Part shown: positions 1 through 11,413 of the stretch, piece by piece
Layout of the letters: each line of letters starts with the position of its first letter
How positions within the stretch are numbered: position 1 is the stretch's first letter
Assembly (NCBI GenBank): GCA_032718475.1
Contig: JAUCBJ010002401.1
Location: 1-36,564, forward strand
DNA length: 36,564 nt
From: Nemertoderma westbladi
Lineage: Eukaryota; Animalia; Xenacoelomorpha
Direction of reading: 5' to 3'
The notes under the pieces: generated by a model
Told to the model about the DNA's origin: nothing
The model's input: the letters and a program-made list of their open reading frames with translations, nothing else
The model's database searches: none
Made by a program: the position numbers and the translations under genes

Positions 1-3000
1 AGAAGTAGTTAGAGTGAGGTCGCTGTCTGTATCTTTTTCATATATGAGTGCTCGATACACTGCGGTATTTATCATGTAACAGGATTCGTTTTCGTCGGAG
101 AACTCGTCCGTATAGAATCCTTCCATCTCAGATTGATCAGTGTCGTTCACATCACTGAATTGGACATGTAGTTGTTCGGACTCACTTACCTGACTCGGGC
201 TGCTTCGTTCGAATTCAGTGTGCAACAAGATATGATGTTTCGCACCACACTTTGCACACCTTGTGTCAGAGTAGCAGGTTCGCCGTTGGTGTCCTTGTCT
301 GAGGCAATTATAACATAACCGCTTATCCCACATGACTTCTCGTCTCTCCGTTAATGATTTCTTCAGGAATTCATCACACATATTCAAACGGTGGGTCCCG
401 TTACACAGCGCACATTTCGGTTTGATGTTACTTACCTTATTTTGGGTAACATTGTGCACTCTCGTTCTTTCTTCGGGCTTTCTCACCTGAATTATCTTGG
501 GAGACGTAAGATGAGTTTTTCTTACCTGTTCTCTCTTGTCATTGGATAGAGACTTAAATTTACTTCCCTGTTCGTTAGGTGTTTTATGGCCATCATAAGA
601 TCTTTCAGTGTCTTTTCCGCTGTCCTCTCCTTGAGAAGTCTGGCTTTCGCCATCGTCGGTATAACACACTGGTGTTACCTTTCTCCTGGAGACGGGTTTC
701 TCACTTACCTTGTTTTCCGATGTCTTCTCTCTGGACTGCTTTATGAGCTGTAATTTCACTTCGCCATCCAAGAATGTCATGAGATCAGTCATGGTAGGGT
801 CTCGTTGTTGTTGTTCCATCATGTATAACACTTTCTTGTCCCAGCGTGTACCTACTCCACCCTTCGGTAAAGTAGAAGCCACTGCTCTAATAACCATAGC
901 ACTCTGATACTCATGAGACTTACCTAGCCAATCTAATTGTCTGCAGATCTCCTGAATTTCATCGGAAAACTCTATAATCCCGCTGCTAATAAACTTTCGG
1001 GGCGCTACCAACTTTGCATACAAATACCCAGCTATGTTATTCCTATTACCATACCTGATGTTTAGTGTGTCCCAAACTTGTCTTAATCCATCTGGATGTC
1101 CAATAAACTTTAACGCCATTGACTTGGGAGGTCCTTCCAAGCACTCGATGAGAAATCTAAGTTTCTCTCCGTTGGATAGCACAGAGTCCTGTATGTTATC
1201 TTTATAATATTCATTAAAAGGTAACCATTTCATCTCATCTCCATTAAACTTGACGATCTCTCCAACCTTTACCGCTTGCCGGGCTTCGGTTCTAGCCATT
1301 TGTCGTGTAAAACTTTCTTGGGCCATCGTGTTATTTAATATCGAGTTATCGGTATATAAATTTCTCGGATTATGATCAGGTCTATAGGGAATGTCATTAT
1401 CAACAGGTTTATAATTACCCTTAATAGGGTTTACTATAGGAGTTTCTACTTCGCTAGCAGTATATATGCATGTAGGCTCCACACCTTGCGCATGGGATAC
1501 TTCAGACCTAACGGGTTGACACATTGTTACAGAGGGTGGTGGTATACACCTTTGTAAGTTTACTAATTTATCGCGTTCTAACGCGATACTTTGCTGCACT
1601 TCTTGCAACTCTAGCCTACTTTCCCTTACTGTGCCCTTGAATTGCTGAACAGTCTCCTGCATCTGCCCGAGCAGGAGATCCATCCCCCGCCGTCTCTCGT
1701 CCACCCATTCGACCGCCGAAGCGGGAGTCGCCAACGTTGTAGCGGGCAGACGAGGGACAACGGGCGACAAATCATGAATATTTCGCTCGGGGTCCAGGAC
1801 CTGAACTGTCTCCTGGGCAGTTCTACTGGGCACAGGTAGCTTAGTGCTATGCAGAGGGAATTTAGAGGTAGCTTCAGGGAGCACAGATGTGTCTATCACC
1901 GAAGGGGTGATTTCAAGAACAGGCCTAATTATTTCAGGCTCATCTACTATAGTAGGGAGTCTTTCTATTTTAATTATTTGGTCTGTGGGCTCTGTACTAC
2001 CTAAGTTGGTGTTATTTAGTTGCCTTCTAACAGCTGGAGGCAAATCAGGCAATTTCTGACGGTGGAATGTTCTTTTACGTCTGCTTAGACGAGATCTATT
2101 TCCTTTGCCTTCAGTATCGGTGGTATCGCCTTCTTCAGATGATGTATATCCCTGTCTTTTGGGAGTAGATCGATTCATCATCTGCATATTACTAGCTGTT
2201 AACTGTTTATTTATGCAGTCTTGATTCTCCTGAATGTTTTCCAATTCTAATTGGGTGATTTCTTCCGCCGCTCTACGTTCTGCTTCTGCCACTGCCATTT
2301 CCGCTTTTCTTTTCATTTCGGCTGCTTTTCTTTTCGCTTCTGCCTCTGCCGCTGTCGCTGCAGCTTTTCTTTCCATTTCGGCTGCTTTTCTTTTCGCTTC
2401 TGCCTCTGCCTCTGTCGCTGCAGCTTTTCTTTCCATTTCGGCTGCTTTACTTTCCTCTTCGGCTGCTTTCCTTTCCGCTTCGGCAGCGGCTACTGCTGCT
2501 TTCTTTCTGTCTTCTATACGTTTTTTCTTTACTTGCTCTTCTTGGACTCGTGTGATGCGGAGTTGTTCATCAAATTTAGCTTGGTTCGCCGCTAACATTT
2601 CCGCATCGATTGCGTCCAGCACAAGCTTGGTTCCTTCGCTATTAGGGCTAAGCCCCTCCAGCCTTCTCCTCAACTCTTCGTCCCCTACAAAGCGTTGATA
2701 GTCTGACAGATAGATGTCAATGGCATCTCTCTTTCGCGACCCCTCCGCTGTCCCTTCATTTTCTTCTTGAGAAGAAGTGGTGTCGGTTGATTCTTCATAG
2801 GTTGGCCGTTCATCATAAACTGTATCCGCCATCTTCGCTCCGCGTTCGGGCGTCCGCTCAACAGTATCCGAACTACTGGAGCTCTCGGGCCGCTGAGAAC
2901 TAGGTTCTTGGCTAGGAGGTTGCTGCTGTTTGGCAGCTGCTTCTTGATCCCGCTTAACTTGGGCCCGAGTACCGATGATAGACCTACGGCGCTTCACTAA

Positions 3001-3180
3001 CTTCGCGAATTGCGAAATTGCTTCTACTAACCTAGGTTCTGACACAGCTACTGTAGGGGTTGTCTTTCTTACAGTAGGAGGGGTTTCAGACCTCGGTCTG
3101 GGATTCTCTATACTCCTATCTGATTAACAGACTGTTGTTTCTAGGAGACTATCTGACAGAGTTTGCCTTGTGTCAGACAT
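1..3180 (-). mobile_element. BEL/Pao LTR retrotransposon gag(-pol) ORF, 5' part; runs off the left edge of the window
   Basis: Manual translation of the minus frame from ATG 3180 (single in-frame TAA at 3126-3124, next ATG 2832) is open to position 1. It contains a DUF1759-like block (KFNGDEMKWLPFNEYYKDNIQDSVLSNGEKLRFLIECLEGPPKSMA...VWDTLNIRYG, ~1250-1050) and the triple Cys/His knuckle typical of BEL/Pao Gag (CALCNGTHRLNMC...LCYNCLRQGHQRRTC...RCAKCGAKHHILLH, ~415-220). Absent from the ORF track because no stop is reached. Confidence 0.9.
2280..2500 (-). repeat. 60-bp coding duplication in Gag encoding an Ala/Glu/Lys-rich coiled coil (KRKAAEMERKAAATAAEAEA)
   Basis: Lines 2281, 2341 and 2401 are near-identical at a 60-bp period. 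Confidence 0.85.
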
Positions 3181-3294
3181 GTTTGTTTGTACAGTTGGAT
3201 GCCTACTGCTATATTACAGTCTAAGCAAGTCTAGTAATTCAGTATTAACTGTTAGCCTAGTAATTAATTATCGATACTGCTACTCAGTGTAGCG

Positions 3295-3570
3295 TGATAT
3301 ATATATAATATATTAGAATACCGGTATGCTTATAGTATATATATAAGTATTATTACAGACTAGGTTTATCACAGAATATCGGTATATAATTTTAGCACAA
3401 ATATATATAAATATATAATAGGCCTATCGGGAATACCGGTATACAGCTTACAGTTATAGTATATATAAGTATAATTCTGGACTAGAATTAATTACAAAGT
3501 ACCGGTATAATTTCAGCCTAAATTTATTGAAATAAATATAATAAGCCTATTGCAAATACCGGTATGTCAA
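3295..3570. repeat. Degenerate ~115-120-bp tandem repeat with TACCGGTA cores in the BEL/Pao leader
   Basis: AATACCGGTAT...TATATAAGTAT...GACTAG blocks recur at ~3317, ~3432 and ~3555. Confidence 0.6.
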
Positions 3571-4561
3571 TTATTTTAAATAATTGAATTTCTGAATTTT
3601 AGGGCTACTTGGTTACTTTACTTACTTTATTACCGTTATTTGAGCAGTAGTCCAACTGATATTGAGACCTAATGGTTGTATGGTAGGCCTACTATTTATA
3701 AATCGTGAGATTTGATTTATAATATATATATACCCGTTTTAATGGGTTTGTCAATGTTTGAAATAAATGTTATTATTTCTGGGGAGTAATCACTACACAA
3801 AGCGGTGCGCTTTCAGTGAAGTGTTACTTATAGGACACTAAAACAAATAATTCTAATTTACCTAAGTTACTTAATACTACAAATTACGTACAATTCGGGT
3901 GAGATTACAATCTCTAAATAAACACAAAAATTTACAAAAAACACAAAATACGAATTTTCAGGATAATTTTACAAGAAGTCTACAAACCAGCCTAACAAAG
4001 GGTTAGAAATCTGGTTATTACAATGGACAGGGTACTACGGTATTTGAAAATAATAAGTAGTAGTAAATACACTGCGTTGTCCAGATAGGAAAATACCACC
4101 GCCTGACGACCTATAGCCATATCGCTATAGGTACTACGTTATGTATCACGGAGTGTCCCTACCTAGAAGTTAATAGAGCTAACGAACGTGCCTATTAACC
4201 ACTTTACAATACAAATATACTGCCTACACACTAATTACCCTCGGAAAGCACTGTACACTAAACCCTAAATTAGGTACGAGTACTTGTACAACAGATAATC
4301 AGTAGTTAAATATACTTGAACAGCTAAAAGAACCACGCCATCTGCTGGAGTGACCGGTGCACAAAATCACCAGTCTTTACCTACGCCAAGCAGCCCGTGT
4401 AGTACCGGGGTTAGTTTAACTATAATGGTATGTATAACAAACACAATTACTGTAGGAACAAACTTGGGGAATGAATGTTGCGAATAATCGCATAAACTCT
4501 GAATAATAAATATTACGCTACGCGTACAAACCACTCAAACAAAATGCAGACCAAATACTGA

Positions 4562-5077
4562 CAGACTACTATCAAGCCTAAATAAACTACAGGACATGCA
4601 GACTCCGAAATGGTTAGGTAGTATGCGTTCTAACCCAGTAGTACGACTTATTCTTTAGATGGGGGTTTACCTTACAGCTATGGCTGCCCCTACTTCCTAA
4701 CCGTTCTTTATCGGACAGAGGCTCTACACACACTGCAATCCGTTCAGACCTAATAACAGCCAGACAACTATCCAGCCTACAAATTATCTAAATAAATATT
4801 ATACGCTACCTGTACAGACTACACAAACAAAGTACAGACTAAACGATGGCAGACTACTCTCAAGCCTAAATAAACTACAGGACATGCAGACTCCGAAATG
4901 GTTAGGTAGTATGCGTTCTAACCCAGTAGTACGACTTATTCTTTAGATGGGGGTTTACCTTACAGCTTTGGCTGCCCCTACTCCCTAACCGTTCTTTATC
5001 GGACAGGTGATCTACACACACTGCAATCCGTTCAGACTTAACAATAATCAGACAACAGCTCAGCCTACAAATTGTCT
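4562..5077. repeat. Two-copy direct repeat (~228 bp, period 288) upstream of the BEL/Pao gag
   Basis: 4562-4789 aligns with 4850-5077 (CAGACTACT.TCAAGCCTAAATAAACTACAGGACATGCAGACTCCGAAATGGTTAGG...), with few substitutions in the first ~150 bp. Confidence 0.95.
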
Positions 5078-5254
5078 GTACAATCTGATCAGGCTTACAC
5101 GCCTTCTGTTCAATACTGGCCTACAAACAAATAAAACTCGACAGAAATAAGTAAAAATCTCAATAAAAAACCAGGGCGGCCGTTCCCTGATTAAGTACTA
5201 AGACCTACCGGTATATAATTATCAAATTCGAATAATACTAATGTACTTATACTG

Positions 5255-5402
5255 GAAGTACCGGTTAGGACAGTTGGGCCTACGGACCTACAGAAGTACC
5301 GGTTCTGGCAGTTGGACCTACGGACCTACAGCAGTACCGGTTCTGGCAGTTGGGCCTACTGACCTACAGAAGTACCGGTTCAGGTTTACCGGTCAACCGG
5401 TA
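5255..5402. repeat. ~38-bp tandem repeat, ~3.5 copies (GAAGTACCGGTTCTGGCAGTTGGGCCTACGGACCTACA)
   Basis: Directly visible repetition. Confidence 0.85.
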
Positions 5403-6682
5403 CTTTCAACTTTATTGCTTACTGCAATAAAGAAGCTATATCCGTTATTGTTCGCGCTTTCAGACCTTTGGCAGTTTAACCCGCCAAATTAGGATGTCTT
5501 CTAGATAATAAATCGCTTTTAGCCTCTGACAAGTATTTGATTCACTACACTAGTTGAAACCAATCTGTGCGCGATCATTCACCCGTTGGATATACCCGGG
5601 AGATTGATTTCGACAGCTTAATCGTATTGCTATGTAAGCCTAATGTATTATTCGACCGACAGTATTATATAATCTCTGACAATATTATTCACCTTCGGGA
5701 AATATTAACAGTTCCTTTAGGACGTGGCGCTCTATCTATATAAACAGAGCTATGACTTAAACTATACGCAACGATATGGCTTAGTTACAATTCACATATA
5801 TGGCGCATTCTTTAGGAAATGCTTCGTTATCAGTCTCACTCATACACAATGCTGCACAATACTGCACACTGATCTGCCGATCTTCACTGATTTTAGTCAC
5901 ATATAAAAGGAACACAGACCGACTCATGTAGGGTCTATCAAATAACATTAGATTCACTTCAAACCACTTTAACATAAGTCACAATCGTTATATGTAACCT
6001 TTCTCTCTTACCTTCGGCTGTTCGGTATATCAAGAATATTGGGTTTTCGGGGTTATTTCTCGTTATTCCAATATAATATTTATCACCATATAATGAATAA
6101 TCGACAGTAAATAGCAGTATAACAATATAAAGGTATGCACAACAAGATATATGCATTGCCCAGTTGAGTTAGTTTAGTAGGTAAGTATTGAGTTGCACAG
6201 TGATTCAGATAACGGATATATGTCCTTATAATTAAGCCTACTAGTGTTAGGCTAAAAGCAGAACAGCACAAAATATTCCAAAGCCGTTCTTCCTGGCTCA
6301 GGACAGAATGATAACACTGCCCATAAAGCATTGCGTGATTTCTAGGAAATTTCTGCACAAGAACAGTAAAAACGCTCTGATTGGTTGACTGAACTGAGAG
6401 ATGCCGTAGAACAAAGAAAATCGACACGTATGAATATCAGCTGTTAACCGTCATCATAGTAACTACTGTTCAAGAGTATCTAGCCCCTTTTGCGTCACAG
6501 AATTGCCATAGAATCATCAACTATGCCTTCCACAGTACACATACGGAGGAAATAGCTCTTAGATCCTCTAAAAAACACCGATACAGCAATAATACGGTCT
6601 CTTACGCCTATTAAATCAACTACAGAGTATTTTAATGGAAAAATAATAAAAATAACGGGGCAATTCAGCAAAGGCTTTTACA

Positions 6683-8072
6683 CCGTGCGAGGTAGTCCTA
6701 GCGATAATGAAAGCCGTGCGAGGTAGTCCTAGTGAGAATGAAAGCCGTGCGAGGTAGTCCTAGTGAGAATGAAAGTCGTGCGAGGTAGTCCTAGTGAGAA
6801 TGAAAGCCGTGCGAGGTAGTCCTAGTGAGAATGATAGCCGTGCGAGGTAGTCATAGTGAGAATGAAAGCCGTGCGAGGTAGTCCTAGCGATAATGAAAGC
6901 CGTGCGAGGTAGTCCTAGTGAGAATGAAAGCCGTGCGAGGTAGTCCTAGTGAGAATGAAAGTCGTGCGAGGTAGTCCTAGTGAGAATGAAAGCCGTGCGA
7001 GGTAGTCCTAGTGAGAATGAAAGCCGTGCGAGGTAGTCCTAGTGAGAATGAAAGCCGTGCGAGGTAGTCATAGTGAGAATGAAAGCCATGTGAGGTAGTC
7101 CTAGTGAGAATGAAAGCCGTGCGATGTAGTCATAGTGAGAATGAAAGCCGTGCGAGGTAGTCCTAGTGAGAATGATAGCCGTGCGAGGTAGTCATAGTGA
7201 GAATGAAAGCCGTGCGAGGTAGTCCTAGTGAGAATGAAAGCCGTGCGATGTAGTCATAGTGAGAATGAAAGCCGTGCGAGGTAGTCCTAGTGAGAATGAT
7301 AGCCGTGCGAGGTAGTCATAGTGAGAATGAAAGCCGTGCGAGGTAGTCCTAGTGAGAATGAAAGCCGTGCGAGATAGTCCTAGTGAGAATGAAAGCCGTG
7401 CGAGGTAGTCCTAGTGAGAATGAAAGCCGTGCGAGGTAGTCCTAGTGAGAATGAAAGCCGTGCGAGGTAGTCATAGTGAGAATGAAAGCCGTGTGAGGTA
7501 GTCCTAGTGAGAATGAAAGCCGTGCGATGTAGTCATAGTGAGAATGAAAGCCGTGCGAGGTAGTCCTAGTGAGAATGATAGCCGTGCGAGGTAGTCATAG
7601 TGAGAATGAAAGCCGTGCGAGGTAGTCCTAGTGAGAATGAAAGCCGTGCGAGGTAGTCATAGTGAGAATGAAAGCCGTGCGAGGTAGTCATAGTGAGAAT
7701 GAAAGCCGTGCGAGGTAGTCCTAGTGAGAATGAAAGCCGTGCGAGGTAGTCATAGTGAGAATGAAAGCCGTGCGAGGTAGTCCTAGTGAGAATGAAAACC
7801 ATACGAGGTAGTCCTAGTGAGAATGAAAGTCGTGCGAGGTAGTCCTAGTGAGAATGAAAGCCGTGCGAGGTAGTCCTAGTGAGAATGAAAGCCGTGCGAT
7901 GTAGTCATAGTGAGAATGAAAGCCGTGCGAGGTAGTCCTAGTGAGAATGATAGCCGTGCGAGGTAGTCATAGTGAGAATGAAAGCCGTGCGAGGTAGTCC
8001 TAGTGAGAATGAAAGCCGTGCGAGGTAGTCCTAGTGAGAATGAAAGCCGTGCGAGGTAGTCCTAGTGAGAAT
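6683..8072. repeat. 31-bp satellite array, ~45 copies (GCCGTGCGAGGTAGTCCTAGTGAGAATGAAA)
   Basis: Head-to-tail units with no spacers; 1390 bp / 31 is about 45. Confidence 0.98.
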
Positions 8073-8139
8073 AATGTAGATTTCTTTGATTTGATAATCT
8101 CCATGTAGAGGATTGAAAAGCTGGCCCATCGAATTCATC

Positions 8140-8367
8140 AATTGATAATAATGGTAACTGTTTTAAATACCCAATTAAATTGTACGACTGACACTTTTTA
8201 TTTTTAATATGTTTAGAAAAGCGCAAAGACTGTTGAAGTATTACACCTAAATAATTATATTCGTATTGTATTTCAACTGGTTGACCCACATAAGTAAAGT
8301 TATCCAAATGGGATAGTCGGCCACCCATTCCAAATTTTACTATTTTAATTTTCTTTAAATTCACTTA
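8140..8367 (-). mobile_element. LINE (CR1/L2 group) RT C-terminal fragment
   Basis: NLKKIKIVKF...FTYVGQPVEIQYEYNYLGVILQQSLRFSKHI matches the NxxKT...YKYLG..L...L.F..HI region that follows YADD in LINE RTs. Confidence 0.75.
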
Positions 8368-8630
8368 TATGTAGAATATCTCCGGTCGTGTCGTGTCGGC
8401 CTAGGTCCTATCGTGTTCAGGATCAGGTCGTCTAAGTGGTTGGAACGGCCCAGTTTAAAGATGTTTACTTTTAGCAACTATCTTCAGACCACCAGGTAAT
8501 GCGAACCTGGCAGCTGGCATACTGCATGCTTGATGCCTGAGTAAAGATAATAGAGTTGGATAGTGAAAGTATTTGATCTAGAAGCCCTTTGGCGCCTCCT
8601 CTATCTCAGATGTTACTAGATTCACGTTTA

Positions 8631-9069
8631 CACCATGACCTGGAATATAGTGTCGTTATTCTGGTACATCCCCCCCCGCAAATTTTTTAACAAATCTTAA
8701 TGAGATTGTATGACATTTGAAACAGAGATAGTTTCACTCAACTCCTCCTGGGTGGGTGAGCCAGAAGTTTTATTTTTGCTTTCCTTATTTAGCAACAAGC
8801 GTTTGAAAGAGGTGTCTCCGGTGGTATTTCACCAGTTACACTGTAGTTATTCTTGAACCTTATCGTGATTATATGTACCAATATATGATTATATGTAGGC
8901 CCTACCGATATATGTACCAATAGAAAGCTGACCGTGCAAGGATTCCAAAAATGTAAAAATATTTGAATTTGGTTGGGAAATAGCTGAGATATGAGCGTTA
9001 AAATGTTGCATGGTTTTGTACCTGCACGAGGCTATTTTATTCTATTAAATAAAAACACCATCTATTCTG
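8631..9069 (+). repeat. Left terminal inverted repeat
   Basis: CACCATGACCTGGAATATAGTGTCGTTATTCTGGTA...CAACTCCTCCTGGGTGGGTGAGCCAGAA...CAGTTACACTGTAGTTATTCTTGAACCTTATCGTGATT; each block has an inverted counterpart in 11414-11823. Confidence 0.92.
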
Positions 9070-9182
9070 TTTTTTCAACTTTTTTTTATAAATCTAACTT
9101 AATGAACACAAAAAAATGTTTTCCATAAATTAATTAAAATACTAAAAGGCTAGCCTACACCAAATTTTTACTAACTTCTATA

Positions 9183-9377
9183 ATGGCAACAAACTCTCAT
9201 GATTGGAACTCTAAGAATGTGGTTCAATTGCGAGATGAATTGAAATTTCGAGGTCTTACCAAATCAGGAAGTAAAAAGGAAATGATTGAACGTCTGGAGG
9301 TCTATGAGAAGAAATTACTAAGCGAGAGTTTATCTCAACTAAATGAAAAAGAAGATTCCACTGCCATCATTATTTAG
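9183..9377 (+). pseudogene. SAP DNA-binding domain ORF, probably the truncated N-terminus of the transposon's protein
   Basis: WNSKNVVQLRDELKFRGLTKSGSKKEMIERL fits the SAP consensus (L.V.ELK..L..RGL...G.K..LI.RL). Coding-like sequence continues past the stop with disruptions to ~9760. Confidence 0.75.
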
Positions 9378-9759
9378 GGTTGTGAGGATGAAACCGGGTT
9401 GAATGAAACACCAACTCCAGGGATTCTACCAATGTCACGGAAACTTAGGACGTTCAAATTGGGTTGGCTTCTATACAGAGTGAGTCTACTAAAGTTGCGG
9501 GCCCCTGGAACAATCGAACTGAGCTGGATGCGATCTATGTGCCAATCATAGAGGACCTTGAAGATAATGGGTGTTGGACCATTCGAGAAAAAGTTAAATT
9601 GAATCTAGTATCCGAATTAAATTCATCCTGTCAAAGTATAACCCAAAGTATACAAGAAGGATACATCACAAATCATTTCTCCCACCAATCTTGCTAAAGA
9701 TTATCTCGCTTCAAAATGAGCGACAAGCTGCAATGCTGCAATGCATTGATTTGGTCGAT

Positions 9760-11360
9760 ATATTGGGGGTAGGTGGTGAGTTGGTCCCGTTGCATACAGC
9801 CGTTGCAGCACACGCAACCCGCACCATGATTGCCACATCCAACTTACCAGGTTCAGTGCTACTCAAGGTAGACTTCAGTAATGCCTTTAATGCTGTCCGT
9901 AGGGATTCGATGCTAGAGATTGTCTACGAACAACTACCTGAGATCTATGACTACACGCTTGCTGCCTACGGGGAGCCAAGCTACATCATCCATGGGAAAC
10001 GTATCCTTCTTTCAGAGGAAGGAATTCAGCAAGGGGATCCTGAAGGCCCGCCCCTACTTGGCGACACTACCATTGAGATGGCACAATCCCTTAGCTCCAT
10101 ATTCAATGTGTTGTATCTTGACGATGCCAACCTGGCTCACCAGTACCAGGTGGTACTACAGAACCTCCGACAGATCATCAAGGATGGACACAAACTGGGG
10201 CTGTTCATTAACCCTAAGAAGAGTGAGCTCTTCTTTATCGGGGAAGAGAATGCCAGTAGCCGCGGCACAATCACAGCTGAGTTTAATGCACTATGTCCTG
10301 GTATCAAGGTCCCACCCCTTGATGAACTTACAATATTAGGGGCGCCCCTTGGCCAAAACTCACTTGAGAAGTGCCTGCGTAATAAGATTGGGGACCTTAA
10401 TACACTTTCTGCCCGTTTGCCTCTACTTGATTCACACCATGCTTTTACCTGTTAAAGAACTGTCTCGCAATGCCCCGGCTGGCAATGCTTCACCCACACC
10501 GATCTTCTGGGGGAGTATGACCAGACACTCAGGGATGCACTGCAGACAGTAACGAACTGCTGCATTAACGACCAGTCATGTGACCAAGCTTGCCTACCAG
10601 CATGGTTGGGTGGCCTGGGACTGAGTTCCACATGTACGCTCGCACCATCCGCCTTTTTGGCTTCAGCGGCTGCATGTGCTCCTCTTTCAGATCACCTATT
10701 TGTTACAACTCAAGTGACTCCCAACTTGGACAAACTTGTTGATCTTGCCAGCAGATATCGCATGGCCCAGCTACCAGCCAATACATCACTATCAACCACC
10801 ACAGGACAGCACACATTGATAACAGAGGTGCATGAGGCTAGCTTGGAAGCCCTCCGTGAAGAGGTATCACCCTCAGACAGAGCCAGGCTCAACAGTGTTT
10901 CCAACCCAATCTCCGGCTGCTGGCTGGATGCCATACCTTCACAGGCCTTGGGGCTGAAACTTAGTGATACACAGTTCCGGATTGTCATTGCCATCCGACT
11001 TGGCTGTCGTGTAACCGAGCCTCACCCCTGCACCCGTTGTGGGTCTCCCGTTGCGGCTAATGGGCTCCATGGCCTTTCCTGCTTTTCCTTTGAACGATGG
11101 GCCGGGCAGGACCTGAAATAGAAGAGTTCCTGGCAGAGATAGGGTCGAGGCTGAGAGACTCAACCAAAGAGCCTCGCTCCCACTTGTTCCTCCTGCAGAG
11201 GTTGCTGGTCGCAATCCAGATGGGTAATGCGGCATCCATCCTTGGTACCATCAGTGAGGCGGGGGATGGACTGATGGACCTCCTAGGATGATTCGCATCT
11301 TATATTTGTGATCTCTGTTAACTCTAATTGTTATCTTATCAAATGATTGTAAAATAATTA
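9760..11360 (+). mobile_element. 5'-truncated, frameshifted CRE-clade (RLE-type) non-LTR retrotransposon
   Basis: AAHATR...LLKVDFSNAFNAVRR...GIQQGDPEGP...YLDD...LGAPLG; GGLGL...SAFLAS; WLDAIPS..LGLKL...FRIVIAIRLG; knuckle CTRCG...HGLSC; terminal FLLQRLLVAIQMGNAASILGT. The RH...PD..D endonuclease core between the knuckle and the C-terminus is missing; several frameshifts. Confidence 0.8.
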
Positions 11361-11413
11361 ATATATTCTAGAACATTTTGTATGTAGATACATACGGAAT
11401 AAACAAAGTGTTC

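Noticed and set aside
710-2698. Plus-strand ORFs, including the Ala-rich 154-aa and Cys/Phe-rich 114-aa ones
   Set aside because: Antisense shadows of the BEL/Pao gag.
5724-6427. Short ORFs upstream of the BEL/Pao leader
   Set aside because: No recognisable motifs; probably LTR or leader sequence.
6683-8072. CRISPR array or hammerhead ribozyme repeat (CTAGTGAG...GAAA)
   Set aside because: No unique spacers or cas genes, animal context; the CUGAUGA core is not matched and the unit is too short for three stems.
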